NCBI GenBank assembly: GCA_905478905.1 | Contig: CAJQKN010000123.1 | Span: 1 to 57,829, forward strand | Source: an uncultured Flavobacteriaceae bacterium | GTDB lineage: Bacteria > Bacteroidota > Bacteroidia > Flavobacteriales > Flavobacteriaceae | Direction: 5' to 3' | DNA: 57,829 bases | Part shown: positions 17,976-27,220 of the stretch, piece after piece | Layout: the number at the start of each line of letters is the position of its first letter | How positions within the stretch are numbered: position 1 is the stretch's first letter | Notes under the pieces: generated by a model | What the model was told of the DNA's origin: nothing | Seen by the model: the letters and a program-made list of their open reading frames with translations, nothing else | The model's database searches: none | Position numbers and translations under genes: made by a program

Positions 17976-18575
17976 TTGAAAAAACCACTCCTACTTGTTT
18001 TTTGTAAAAATCCTGTTTTAGGAAAAGTCAAAACTCGCTTGGCTGCTTCCATTGGAGAACAGAAGGCCCTTGATATTTATCAGGCATTACTGCAAAAAAC
18101 TGCCCAAGTCTTGTTTGATGTTGCTATTGAAATCCAATTATATTATTCCACGTATATAGACGATAACGATATTTTCCAAAAAAACTCCATCACAAAAAAA
18201 GTACAATCTGGGGATGATTTGGGAATACGCATGGCCAATGCATTTAATGAGGGTTTTAGTACTCACTCTCCCATTGTTATCATTGGTACAGACTTGTGGA
18301 CACTTAATGTTTTAGATATTCAAAAAGCTTTTGAAGCCCTCAAAACGCACAAAACGGTTATAGGCCCTTCTGCCGATGGAGGCTACTATCTTTTGGGACT
18401 ACAAGAGTTTATCCCTAACTTATTTGAAGAAAAAAAATGGGGATCACCAACAGTTTTGACAGACACCCTGAATGAGCTCAAAAAAGAAGATGTTTATTTG
18501 TTAGAAGAAAAAAACGATATCGACACCTACAACGACCTGAAAGATCATCCAGAATTAATGCAACTCTTAAAATGA
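17976..18575 (+). CDS. TIGR04282/DUF2064 family transferase (arsenosugar-cluster associated, CofC-like fold)
   Basis: KNPVLGKVKTRLA, DLGIRM, IIGTD, IGPSADGGYYLLG, DIDTYNDL; TTG start. Confidence 0.88.
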   Translation: MKKPLLLVFCKNPVLGKVKTRLAASIGEQKALDIYQALLQKTAQVLFDVAIEIQLYYSTYIDDNDIFQKNSITKKVQSGDDLGIRMANAFNEGFSTHSPIVIIGTDLWTLNVLDIQKAFEALKTHKTVIGPSADGGYYLLGLQEFIPNLFEEKKWGSPTVLTDTLNELKKEDVYLLEEKNDIDTYNDLKDHPELMQLLK

Positions 18576-19402
18576 ACAAACAAGAACAAATCAATCAAAG
18601 CCTTGCCTTTTTAAAAAATCACGGAATCGAAACTGGTGCCATTGGAATAATTTTAGGTACCGGTCTTGGAGACCTTATTGATTTCATCTCCATCGAAAAA
18701 GAGATACACTACACGGATATTCCTCATTTCCCTATACCTACAATGGAATTCCATAATGGTCGACTTATTTATGGAAGTCTTAAAGGAAAAAAGGTGTTGG
18801 TTTTTGATGGACGATTCCATGCTTATGAAGGTCTCAGCTATTTTGAAATTACTTATCCAGTAAGACTCATGCATGCCATTGGTGTTCAACAACTCATCAT
18901 CAGTAATGCAGCAGGTGCGATCAACCTGTCATATAAAAAAGGAGAAGTCATGCTTATTGAAGATCATATTAATCTCCAGGCTGGCTCGCCATTGGCAGAA
19001 AAAGGGATTGAAGAATTGGGACAACGTTTTGTGGACATGAGCAGCCCCTATTCACCCCGTTTGATGGACAAGGCAAAGCACATTGCAAAACAACATGGCT
19101 TTCCATTACGTACAGGTGTTTATGCTGCAGTAACAGGGCCTCAGTTGGAAACAAAAGCTGAATACCGCTACCTTAAAATCATAGGCGCAGATGCTGTGGG
19201 AATGTCTACCGTTCCAGAAGTTATTGTAGCAAATCAACTCCAAATGGAATGCATCGCATTTTCCGTTTTGACCGATGTTTGTGATCCCGATAACTTAGCA
19301 CCAATAAATATTGAAGACATTATGGCTGCAGCTAAAAAAGCGGAACAGTCTTTGATAATAATTGTAAAAGAATTACTATCGACCCAAAAAAAAATAAAAT
19401 GA
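18572..19402 (+). CDS. Purine nucleoside phosphorylase (trimeric PNP family)
   Basis: ILGTGLG, GRFHAYEG, NAAG, DHIN, GPQLETKAE, GADAVGMST.PE; ATGA-coupled on both sides. Confidence 0.92.
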   Translation: MNKQEQINQSLAFLKNHGIETGAIGIILGTGLGDLIDFISIEKEIHYTDIPHFPIPTMEFHNGRLIYGSLKGKKVLVFDGRFHAYEGLSYFEITYPVRLMHAIGVQQLIISNAAGAINLSYKKGEVMLIEDHINLQAGSPLAEKGIEELGQRFVDMSSPYSPRLMDKAKHIAKQHGFPLRTGVYAAVTGPQLETKAEYRYLKIIGADAVGMSTVPEVIVANQLQMECIAFSVLTDVCDPDNLAPINIEDIMAAAKKAEQSLIIIVKELLSTQKKIK

Positions 19403-20367
19403 GCTATTTAGAAGTCACCAAAGATGTATATAAAGAAGCAGCCCTTACACCAGATGTAGGCTTGTGTTGTACTACAACCCCAATATGGCAATTCCCTGGA
19501 TTATCCATTCCAACCATAATGCAAGAAATGAATTACGGCTGCGGATCTACCGTTCACCCCAGGGACTTGGTCAACAACCCAAAAATCCTTTATGTTGGGG
19601 TTGGAGGTGGAATGGAATTACTACAATTTTCTTACTTCTCAAGACAAAAAGAAGGTGTTATTGGTATTGATGTCGTAGAGGAAATGCTCGAAGCTTCTCG
19701 TAAAAACTTTGTGATTGCTGAAAAAGAAAACGATTGGTTTCAATCTGATTTTGTTCAACTTAAAAAAGGAGACGCTTTGGCCTTACCAGTAAAAGATGAA
19801 AGCATTGATGTTGCGGCTCAAAATTGTTTATTCAATATTTTTAAATTGGATGAACTCAAAAAAGCACTCATGGAAATGTACCGCGTTTTGAAACCACACG
19901 GTCGTTTGGTGATGAGCGATCCAATCTGTGAACAACCCATGAACGAAACCCTTAGAGAAGATGAACGTCTCCGCGCGCTATGCCTCTCTGGCTCAATTCC
20001 CTTGAATGACTATATAAAGCTATTGACTGATGTGGGTTTTGGCACTATTGAAATTCGCGCAAAGCGTCCCTATAGAATCCTTGACCCAAAGCATTATCCT
20101 AGCGATGAAACCATCTTTATTGAAAGCGTAGAAGTATGCGCCATTAAAGATCCTATGCCTGCAGATGGACCTTGTGTCTTTACTGGTAAAGCGGCCATTT
20201 ATTATGGAAGTGAAGACTTCTATGATGATGAAAACGGCCATGTATTATTGAAAAATCAACCTTTAGCTGTCTGCGATAAAACAGCCAATGCACTAAAAAA
20301 GAATAATCGAAATGACCTCTTCATCAGTGAATCCACTTTTCACTACGATGGTGGTGGTTGTTGTTAA
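19399..20367 (+). CDS. arsM: Arsenite methyltransferase, arsenosugar-cluster type
   Basis: GLCC, NYGCG, YVGVGGG, GIDVV, QNCLFN, LCLSG, C-terminal GGGCC. Confidence 0.88.
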   Translation: MSYLEVTKDVYKEAALTPDVGLCCTTTPIWQFPGLSIPTIMQEMNYGCGSTVHPRDLVNNPKILYVGVGGGMELLQFSYFSRQKEGVIGIDVVEEMLEASRKNFVIAEKENDWFQSDFVQLKKGDALALPVKDESIDVAAQNCLFNIFKLDELKKALMEMYRVLKPHGRLVMSDPICEQPMNETLREDERLRALCLSGSIPLNDYIKLLTDVGFGTIEIRAKRPYRILDPKHYPSDETIFIESVEVCAIKDPMPADGPCVFTGKAAIYYGSEDFYDDENGHVLLKNQPLAVCDKTANALKKNNRNDLFISESTFHYDGGGCC

Positions 20368-20380
20368 TACCCTCAATCCT

Positions 20381-21082
20381 ATGAACCTACGTTATATCAC
20401 TTTATTAATGCTTCTTTTTTCTTTGTCTGTTGTTGCACAAAAAAGCATACACAATTTATGGACTGCCGCATTACAAGAACATGTAGATGACGACGGAAAT
20501 GTTAACTATAAAAGCTGGAAAGAAGACACCACCTATTTGGATAATTACATTCAAACTTTGGAAGATAATCCACCTACCAAAGTCTGGTCTAAAAACGATT
20601 CATTGGCCTATTTTATTAATTCCTACAATGCGGTTACGGTTAAATTAATTTTAGATAATTATCCCTTAAAAAGCATAAAAAATTTAATTACCCCCTGGGG
20701 ATTAAAACGTTTCACTTTGGATGGAAAAAAGATTTCACTGAATGATATTGAACACGAAATTCTGCGAAAAATGAATGAACCTCGCATTCATTTTGCCATC
20801 AATTGCGCTTCTGCCTCTTGCCCAAAACTGATCAATGTTGCTTTCGAATCGCATACCATGGAAACTCAATTGGAAGAAGTCACCCGCGACTTTATTAATG
20901 ATCCCGAAAGAAATAAGATCAGTGAGAAAAAAATTCAGCTTTCCCGTATTTTTCAATGGTTCGATGCTGATTTTGGGAATAAGAAAGAACGCATTGCTTT
21001 TATCAGAAAATATGCCAATCAATCCTTTGGTGAAAACCCAAAAGTGAGCTTTTTGACCTATGACTGGCTTCTCAACGACTAA
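20381..21082 (+). CDS. DUF547 domain protein, exported
   Basis: Signal peptide; LAYFINSYNA, LNDIEHEILR, PRIHFAINCASASCP, YDWLLN. Start moved to 20381. Confidence 0.9.
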   Translation: MNLRYITLLMLLFSLSVVAQKSIHNLWTAALQEHVDDDGNVNYKSWKEDTTYLDNYIQTLEDNPPTKVWSKNDSLAYFINSYNAVTVKLILDNYPLKSIKNLITPWGLKRFTLDGKKISLNDIEHEILRKMNEPRIHFAINCASASCPKLINVAFESHTMETQLEEVTRDFINDPERNKISEKKIQLSRIFQWFDADFGNKKERIAFIRKYANQSFGENPKVSFLTYDWLLND

Positions 21083-21767
21083 GGTAGGCTTGTCCATTAT
21101 TGTGCCTATTCTAAACGAAGCTACTGTTCTCCCTTCTTTTATTGAGACCCTTCTGGCTAATTCGTTTTATGAAAATCAATTGATCTTTGTTGACGGAGGA
21201 AGTGTTGATGGTGGAGCAGAATATATAAGCTCTCATGAAAAATGTACATTGCTTAAGAGTGAAAAAGGGCGTGCAAAACAGATGAATATTGGAGCCAAAG
21301 CCGCTCAATTTGATTTACTTTATTTTTTACATGTTGACAGCATCCCTCCCAAAAATTTTGACCGACACATTCTAGAAAAAAACCGACAAGGAGAACAAGC
21401 AGGTTGCTTTCGAATGCAGTTTGATTCTAATCATATTGCCTTAAGATGTACAGCCTTTGCCACCCGCTTTAACAATCGTTTTTGTAGAGGAGGAGACCAA
21501 TCTTTATTCATTGATAAAACCCTTTTTAATCAATTAAATGGTTATAATGAGCTGTATCAAGTCTGTGAAGATGGGGAATTTATTGATCGCATTTACAAAC
21601 AAAATGGCTTTTGCGTTTTACCTCAAAAAATAACAACCTCTGCGCGAAGGTTTGAAGAAAATGGCGTGTGGCAACTGCAGTTCCATCACGGAATTATTCA
21701 CCTTATGCGATCCATTGGATGCTCTCCAAAAAGGCTTAGCAAATACTATTCGTTCTTTGTGAAATAG
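21060..21767 (+). CDS. TIGR04283 family GT2 glycosyltransferase (arsenosugar-cluster associated)
   Basis: SIIVPILNE, VDGGS, GRAKQMNIGA, FLHVD, GDQSLFI, TSARRF. Confidence 0.88.
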   Translation: MTGFSTTKVGLSIIVPILNEATVLPSFIETLLANSFYENQLIFVDGGSVDGGAEYISSHEKCTLLKSEKGRAKQMNIGAKAAQFDLLYFLHVDSIPPKNFDRHILEKNRQGEQAGCFRMQFDSNHIALRCTAFATRFNNRFCRGGDQSLFIDKTLFNQLNGYNELYQVCEDGEFIDRIYKQNGFCVLPQKITTSARRFEENGVWQLQFHHGIIHLMRSIGCSPKRLSKYYSFFVK

Positions 21768-22750
21768 GATTGTAAAACTGCTTCAGCCATTTTATTTTGC
21801 GGAGTAAAGCCTGTGTTCCCCTCTCCACCTGATGTTGAATGCTGTGGAAACCATTTCCACACAAAACCACCCGCCCACCAATTTTTTGACGCAAATGTTT
21901 GCAATAAAGCTTCTAGAGCAATGGCCTGGCTCTTTGAATTATATCTTACGCTTTTTTGATGGTAATCCCATGGACGAGAAACTGGATCATCAATACTTCT
22001 GTATCCCATTTCTGAAAATAAGACTTGTTTTTGTAAAGAATCACTCAATCGCTCCAAAGCAACTACCGTTGGAATCCATCGTTTTTTGAGAATAGATACG
22101 CTTAAGGTTTCCTTTCCTTTTAAAGGAAAATAGGCATTAACCCCTATCAAATCAAGTTGATCCCAAAAGGGAACCTTTGAATAGCTATCCCAATTTTCAG
22201 CATAGGTGATCTTCCCAGAATATATTTGTCTGATTGCTACAATCAAATTCTTCCAGTAAACTGGGTCATTTTCAACAACTGAAGCCAACTCTGTACCAAT
22301 GCAAAATAAAGTTAATTGATGATGCTCCGCTAAAGCTGCAAAGTGTAAAATAAATTCTTTGTAGGAGCTTTTGAATGATCGCCAACCCTCCTCACTTTTG
22401 GGGTCAATTTTCCCAGTAAACTCTCCATTTCTTATCCACAATTGTGGTTTTAGCATAAGCTTGATTCCTGCTTGATTAAACATTGGAATCGTTTGATTTA
22501 ACCCTTCAGCTGTTTCACCTTTCCATTGACCTGCTCTGTTAAATTTCACAAGGCTGTCCTGCAGGCTAAAGAGATAACCAAAGGGCATTAGGGTAACCCA
22601 ATTGGCGTTTACAGCCAGAACACTCTCCACTTGATTGAATTGAACATCGTTTCGAGTACCAACAAAACTAAGTCCATGTATTTTCTGTCCATACACTAAA
22701 AGTGAACTTAACAAAAATGCACTTAGCAAAAAACATTTCGTTTGCATCAA
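21746..22750 (-). CDS. Glycoside hydrolase family 113-like (TIM barrel), exported
   Basis: MLKPQLW, CIGTEL, ITYAENWD, FWDQLDLIGVNAYFPL, FSEMGY, GGFVWKW. Confidence 0.82.
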   Translation of the reverse strand: MMQTKCFLLSAFLLSSLLVYGQKIHGLSFVGTRNDVQFNQVESVLAVNANWVTLMPFGYLFSLQDSLVKFNRAGQWKGETAEGLNQTIPMFNQAGIKLMLKPQLWIRNGEFTGKIDPKSEEGWRSFKSSYKEFILHFAALAEHHQLTLFCIGTELASVVENDPVYWKNLIVAIRQIYSGKITYAENWDSYSKVPFWDQLDLIGVNAYFPLKGKETLSVSILKKRWIPTVVALERLSDSLQKQVLFSEMGYRSIDDPVSRPWDYHQKSVRYNSKSQAIALEALLQTFASKNWWAGGFVWKWFPQHSTSGGEGNTGFTPQNKMAEAVLQSYFTKNE

Positions 22751-22962
22751 TGTAAGTTAAGCAACTTCTTCAGTTTTATATATTCGAAGAACAAATAATA
22801 GGGCGTGAAGACCACAACAGCTATAAAAGCTGTAATAACCAAAAAAATTACAAAAAATCCAGCGATAGAAAACAAGTCATCTGCATCCTTAAAAATTGGA
22901 TAGTAATGACGTAAAAACAAAGCAGAGAATAATAAGGTAATAATAGCAAATACGATAAACAT
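22747..22962 (-). CDS. Small two-TM hypothetical protein
   Basis: 71 aa, two hydrophobic segments, ATGA-coupled to the GH113 gene. Confidence 0.65.
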   Translation of the reverse strand: MFIVFAIITLLFSALFLRHYYPIFKDADDLFSIAGFFVIFLVITAFIAVVVFTPYYLFFEYIKLKKLLNLH

Positions 22963-22989
22963 AAGACAAGATTTAGGTTAGTAAAATTA

Positions 22990-23433
22990 TTATGCGGCTT
23001 CGATACAGGTAGCAATTAAGTCCTTTTGAACAAACTCCCAGCCGCGTTGACATTCAGCATGGATTACTTCCGCCTGAGGAAAGCTCGAGAAGTCTCCTTG
23101 CTCTATGGTGAGCAATACTCCCTCACTGTGAGGGGAAATCATAAAACGCAATTCTGAACTTTGCCCTTTAAGACCCGATCCTTTATGGAAAATGGTGAAG
23201 CGTAAGCAACGATAGGGGCTGAATTCCAGAAGTTCTCCGTTTACGTGGATTGTTTCTGATTCATCTTCGTGCACTTCTACCCATTGAACCTCGTCCCCAA
23301 TTTCCCAATTGCATTTTAGTTTGCAATTGTACATGTACTTTTCAGTATACTGTGGTTCTGTTAATACAGACCACAAAACTTCTTTGGTTACTTTAAGAGG
23401 GAGTTCCAGAACAGCCCATAATGGTTTTTTCAT
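22990..23433 (-). CDS. SRPBCC (Aha1/CalC-like) domain protein
   Basis: VLWSVLTEP..TEKYM, WEIG, GELLE..P...LRFT, LTIEQGDF, GW. Confidence 0.8.
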   Translation of the reverse strand: MKKPLWAVLELPLKVTKEVLWSVLTEPQYTEKYMYNCKLKCNWEIGDEVQWVEVHEDESETIHVNGELLEFSPYRCLRFTIFHKGSGLKGQSSELRFMISPHSEGVLLTIEQGDFSSFPQAEVIHAECQRGWEFVQKDLIATCIEAA

Positions 23434-23578
23434 TCTGTTGAATTTAAAACCTTAAAAGAGAATAGATTTATGCAATCAAAAGTTAAATCACGCTCATTTT
23501 AAGTAAGATTTGGTATTACTAATTTACACTTTTTTTTATAACTGATATAAATACGTTACCTTAGGGTAAATATTTTTT

Positions 23579-24931
23579 ATGGTATCCCAACCCCCGATCA
23601 TCATCATTGGAAATGGAATTGCTGGTATTACTACCGCAAGACATATTCGCAAAAGAAGCGACATTCCAATACTAATCATTTCTAAAGAAAGTCGCTATTT
23701 TTTCTCCAGAACTGCATTGATGTATGTCTATATGGGACATCTCAAATGGGAGCACACCCAACCCTATGAAAATCATTTTTGGAAGAAAAATAGACTTGAC
23801 TTATGCCAAGAAACGGTAACCAATATTGATCCTCAAGTAAAAACTGTAGAGCTTTCCAACGGATCTATTCTTTCATACACCTCCCTTGTTTTAGCTACTG
23901 GATCCCTTCCAAATAAATTTGGTTGGCCTGGAGAAAATTTAAAAGGCGTACAAGGACTTTACTCTAAACAAGACCTCGAAAACCTAGAAGCACTTAGTTC
24001 CTCGATCAAAGAAGCTGTTGTAGTTGGCGGGGGACTCATTGGAATAGAATTGGCAGAAATGCTTCATGCAAGAGGTAAAAAAGTTACTTTTCTGGTGCGA
24101 GAAGAAAGCTTTTGGAATACGGTTATTCCAGAGGGAGATTCAAAAATGATTAACCGTCATATTATATCACATGGAATTGATCTCAGACTTTCAACTAACT
24201 TGAGTGAAATTATTGAAGATGAAAACGGAAGAGCTAAAGCAATAAGAACGGACAAAAATGAAATTATTCCCTGTCAATTTGTTGGATTAACGGTTGGCGT
24301 TCGGCCCAATATTGACTTTATAAAACACACCTCAATCGCTACTAACAAGGGAATTCTTGTCAATAAGTACCTAGAAACAAGCCAAACAGACATTTATGCG
24401 GTTGGTGATTGTGCCGAACAACAAGAACCCCTTCCAGGCAGAAGACCTATTGAAGCAGTTTGGTATACAGGACGCATGATGGGAGAAACGCTAGCAAAAA
24501 CCCTTACTGGAAAAAAAACAGCCTATCAACCAGGACATTGGTTCAACAGTGCTAAATTTTTTGACATTGAATACCAAACCTATGGTTTGGTCGCTGCTCG
24601 CCCAACCAAAGCTGAAATCCATTTTCATTGGGAGAATGCTGAAAAAAATATTTGCATTACAATTGCTTTTAATAAATCTACAAATGAATTTCTAGGAATA
24701 AATTCGTTTGGAATACGTTTACGTCACGAAATTTTCGATCAATTTCTAACAGAAAAAAGATCGGTATTTCATGTTCTTGAGCATTTGAATGATTGTAATT
24801 TTGATCCAGAATTTTTTGCCTCCCATGGAGTTGAAATAGTGACGAAATTTAACCACGAATACAATACGAATATTCGATTAAAAAAGAAAAGTTGGACCCG
24901 TATTTTCAACAACCTAATTACAAAAGAATGA
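23579..24931 (+). CDS. NAD(P)/FAD-dependent oxidoreductase (Pyr_redox_2, ferredoxin/rubredoxin-reductase-like)
   Basis: IIGNGIAG, LVLATGS, VVGGGLIGIE, IYAVGDCA. Confidence 0.9.
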   Translation: MVSQPPIIIIGNGIAGITTARHIRKRSDIPILIISKESRYFFSRTALMYVYMGHLKWEHTQPYENHFWKKNRLDLCQETVTNIDPQVKTVELSNGSILSYTSLVLATGSLPNKFGWPGENLKGVQGLYSKQDLENLEALSSSIKEAVVVGGGLIGIELAEMLHARGKKVTFLVREESFWNTVIPEGDSKMINRHIISHGIDLRLSTNLSEIIEDENGRAKAIRTDKNEIIPCQFVGLTVGVRPNIDFIKHTSIATNKGILVNKYLETSQTDIYAVGDCAEQQEPLPGRRPIEAVWYTGRMMGETLAKTLTGKKTAYQPGHWFNSAKFFDIEYQTYGLVAARPTKAEIHFHWENAEKNICITIAFNKSTNEFLGINSFGIRLRHEIFDQFLTEKRSVFHVLEHLNDCNFDPEFFASHGVEIVTKFNHEYNTNIRLKKKSWTRIFNNLITKE

Positions 24932-26484
24932 AAACATTACAAAAATTCGGATTAGGCATTTTCTTGACTGGGTTAATGCTTTTTTGTTCGCTAATATTTT
25001 TAGGGAAATACCAACTCACCCATCAAGAATTTGACGCTTTAATTGCTGAGAAAGGAATTAAAAGCGACCTGTTTATCGCAAATATAAACAGTAAGGTGAC
25101 TGACAAGGCCTTCTCAGGACCTTTTGAATTTTCTAAAAGGGTTATTAGCGCGCTGGAAGAAGCAAATAAAGTTCATCGAAAGAAAAGAGAATGGAGTAAA
25201 GTGATTTGGGATAAACCCCATAGTTTTTCTTATGAAGTGTCTAAAAAAGCTGGGAAGGGAATGATTCCCAACAACAAGGGTTGGTTTTGGTTTTTAACCT
25301 TCGGATTGGGCATTATTGGATCCCTCCTATACATCATTCCTAACCTAATAACTCTTGGTCCTCCAGGAATAAAAAACAATAATATTTACTTCGATTCTAG
25401 TACCAATAGAGGTTTTATGGGATGGTCAGTATTTATCTTCTTGGTTAGTTTTTATGTTTTGCTGTATTTTTTCCCTGACTATATTGTCAATTGGACGTAT
25501 ATCGTCGATCCAATTAGCCAAAGTATAAGCGGTAACCTAGCCAGCCAATGGTTTTTATACGGCTTCCTGTATTGCGTTGTGATGACCGTTATGGCGATTC
25601 GCATGTACATAAAATACCGAAACAACAAATATCAAATTCTAAGAACAACATCTGTCCTTTTTTTTCAAATTGTATTTGCTTTTTTAATCCCTGAAATCTT
25701 GGTTCGTTTCGAAAAGCCCTGGTATGATTTTAAAAATGCCTTCCCTTTGGATTATGATTTTTTCTTTAGTTGGAATCTAAACAGTTTAATTTCTAGTGGT
25801 GGATTTGGCTTATTTATTCTAGTGTGGGGAATTGTTTTGACCTTGGTCATTGTCCCTGTAATGGTCTATTTTTTTGGCAAACGCTGGTATTGTTCATGGG
25901 TTTGTGGTTGTGGAGGTTTGGCAGAAACCCTTGGCGATCCCTATCGACATCTTTCAAATAAATCTATTGGAGCGTGGAAATTAGAACGTTGGTTGGTACA
26001 TGGTGTACTTGCATTTGCTATCGTGATGACTGGTTTTACACTTTATACCTATTTCTCTGGCACGAGTGCTATTTTAGGCATTAAAACACAAAGCATTCAA
26101 AGCACTTATGGCTTTTTAATTGGATCAGTTTTTGCTGGAGTTATTGGCACAGGGTTTTATCCCATTTTTGGAAATCGCGTTTGGTGTCGTTTTGGCTGCC
26201 CGCTGGCCGCCTATCTAGGTTTAGTTCAACGCTTTAAATCACGTTTCCGTATTACGACAAACGGAGGTCAGTGTATCTCTTGTGGAAACTGTTCCACCTA
26301 TTGCGAAATGGGAATTGATGTACGTGCCTATGCTCAAAAGGGACAAAATATTGTGCGTTCCTCTTGTGTTGGCTGTGGAGTCTGTTCTGCCGTTTGTCCA
26401 AGAGGTGTATTGAAATTGGAAAACGGCCCTGTAGCAAATAGAACCCACTTACCTAACTTCCCTTTAGGGAACACACTAGACTAA
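24928..26484 (+). CDS. Polytopic membrane 4Fe-4S protein (NapH/MauN/NosR-like C-terminus)
   Basis: Many TM helices; WYCSWVCGCG, WCRFGCP, CISCGNCSTYC, CVGCGVCSAVCP. ATGA-coupled start at 24928. Confidence 0.88.
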   Translation: MKTLQKFGLGIFLTGLMLFCSLIFLGKYQLTHQEFDALIAEKGIKSDLFIANINSKVTDKAFSGPFEFSKRVISALEEANKVHRKKREWSKVIWDKPHSFSYEVSKKAGKGMIPNNKGWFWFLTFGLGIIGSLLYIIPNLITLGPPGIKNNNIYFDSSTNRGFMGWSVFIFLVSFYVLLYFFPDYIVNWTYIVDPISQSISGNLASQWFLYGFLYCVVMTVMAIRMYIKYRNNKYQILRTTSVLFFQIVFAFLIPEILVRFEKPWYDFKNAFPLDYDFFFSWNLNSLISSGGFGLFILVWGIVLTLVIVPVMVYFFGKRWYCSWVCGCGGLAETLGDPYRHLSNKSIGAWKLERWLVHGVLAFAIVMTGFTLYTYFSGTSAILGIKTQSIQSTYGFLIGSVFAGVIGTGFYPIFGNRVWCRFGCPLAAYLGLVQRFKSRFRITTNGGQCISCGNCSTYCEMGIDVRAYAQKGQNIVRSSCVGCGVCSAVCPRGVLKLENGPVANRTHLPNFPLGNTLD

Positions 26485-26505
26485 TTATTATTCAAATAAA
26501 TTAAA

Positions 26506-27210
26506 TTGAACAATACACCTTCTCTCTCTGTAACTGTCATTATTCCTGCTTTTAATGAAGAAAAATCAATTGCCAAAGTTATTGAAGAGATCCCTAGTTT
26601 GGTCGATGAAATTATTGTCGTTAATAATTGTTCAACAGATAAAACAGCAACAGTTGCCGCAAGCGCAGGAGCGACCGTATTGAACGAAAACCGTATGGGC
26701 TATGGGTATGCCTGTTTAAAAGGAATTGATCATGCGGCAAAGCAAGAAAAACAACCTGATGTGGTGGTTTTTCTCGACGGTGACTTTTCAGATTATCCCC
26801 AAGAATTGACAAAAATCATTGCACCAATCAATAACAATGAAGCAGATTTTGTGGTTGGAGCTCGGGTCAAAGAATTACGGGAAGAGGGTTCAATGACTCC
26901 CCAACAAATCTTTGGGAATTGGCTAGCGTGCTTTTTAATGAAGGGGCTATTCAATTCTACTTTTACCGACCTTGGCCCTTTTCGAGCCATTAAATGGGAA
27001 ACACTTCAGGCCCTGAAAATGTCGGATAAAACCTATGGATGGACAGTGGAAATGCAATTGAAGGTTTTACGTCAAAAAATAAGCTATCAAGAAATCCCTG
27101 TTTCCTACAAAAAAAGAATAGGAGTCTCCAAAGTATCTGGGACAATAAAAGGAACTATATTTGCAGGAGCAAAAATTATTGGCTGGATTTTCAAACATTA
27201 TTTATCGTAA
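26506..27210 (+). CDS. GT2 glycosyltransferase, polyprenol-phosphate sugar synthase-like
   Basis: VIIPAFNEE, VNNCSTD, GYGYAC, FLDGD, TDLGPFRAI, YGWTVEMQ. Confidence 0.88.
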   Translation: MNNTPSLSVTVIIPAFNEEKSIAKVIEEIPSLVDEIIVVNNCSTDKTATVAASAGATVLNENRMGYGYACLKGIDHAAKQEKQPDVVVFLDGDFSDYPQELTKIIAPINNNEADFVVGARVKELREEGSMTPQQIFGNWLACFLMKGLFNSTFTDLGPFRAIKWETLQALKMSDKTYGWTVEMQLKVLRQKISYQEIPVSYKKRIGVSKVSGTIKGTIFAGAKIIGWIFKHYLS

Positions 27211-27220
27211 TTTATACACT

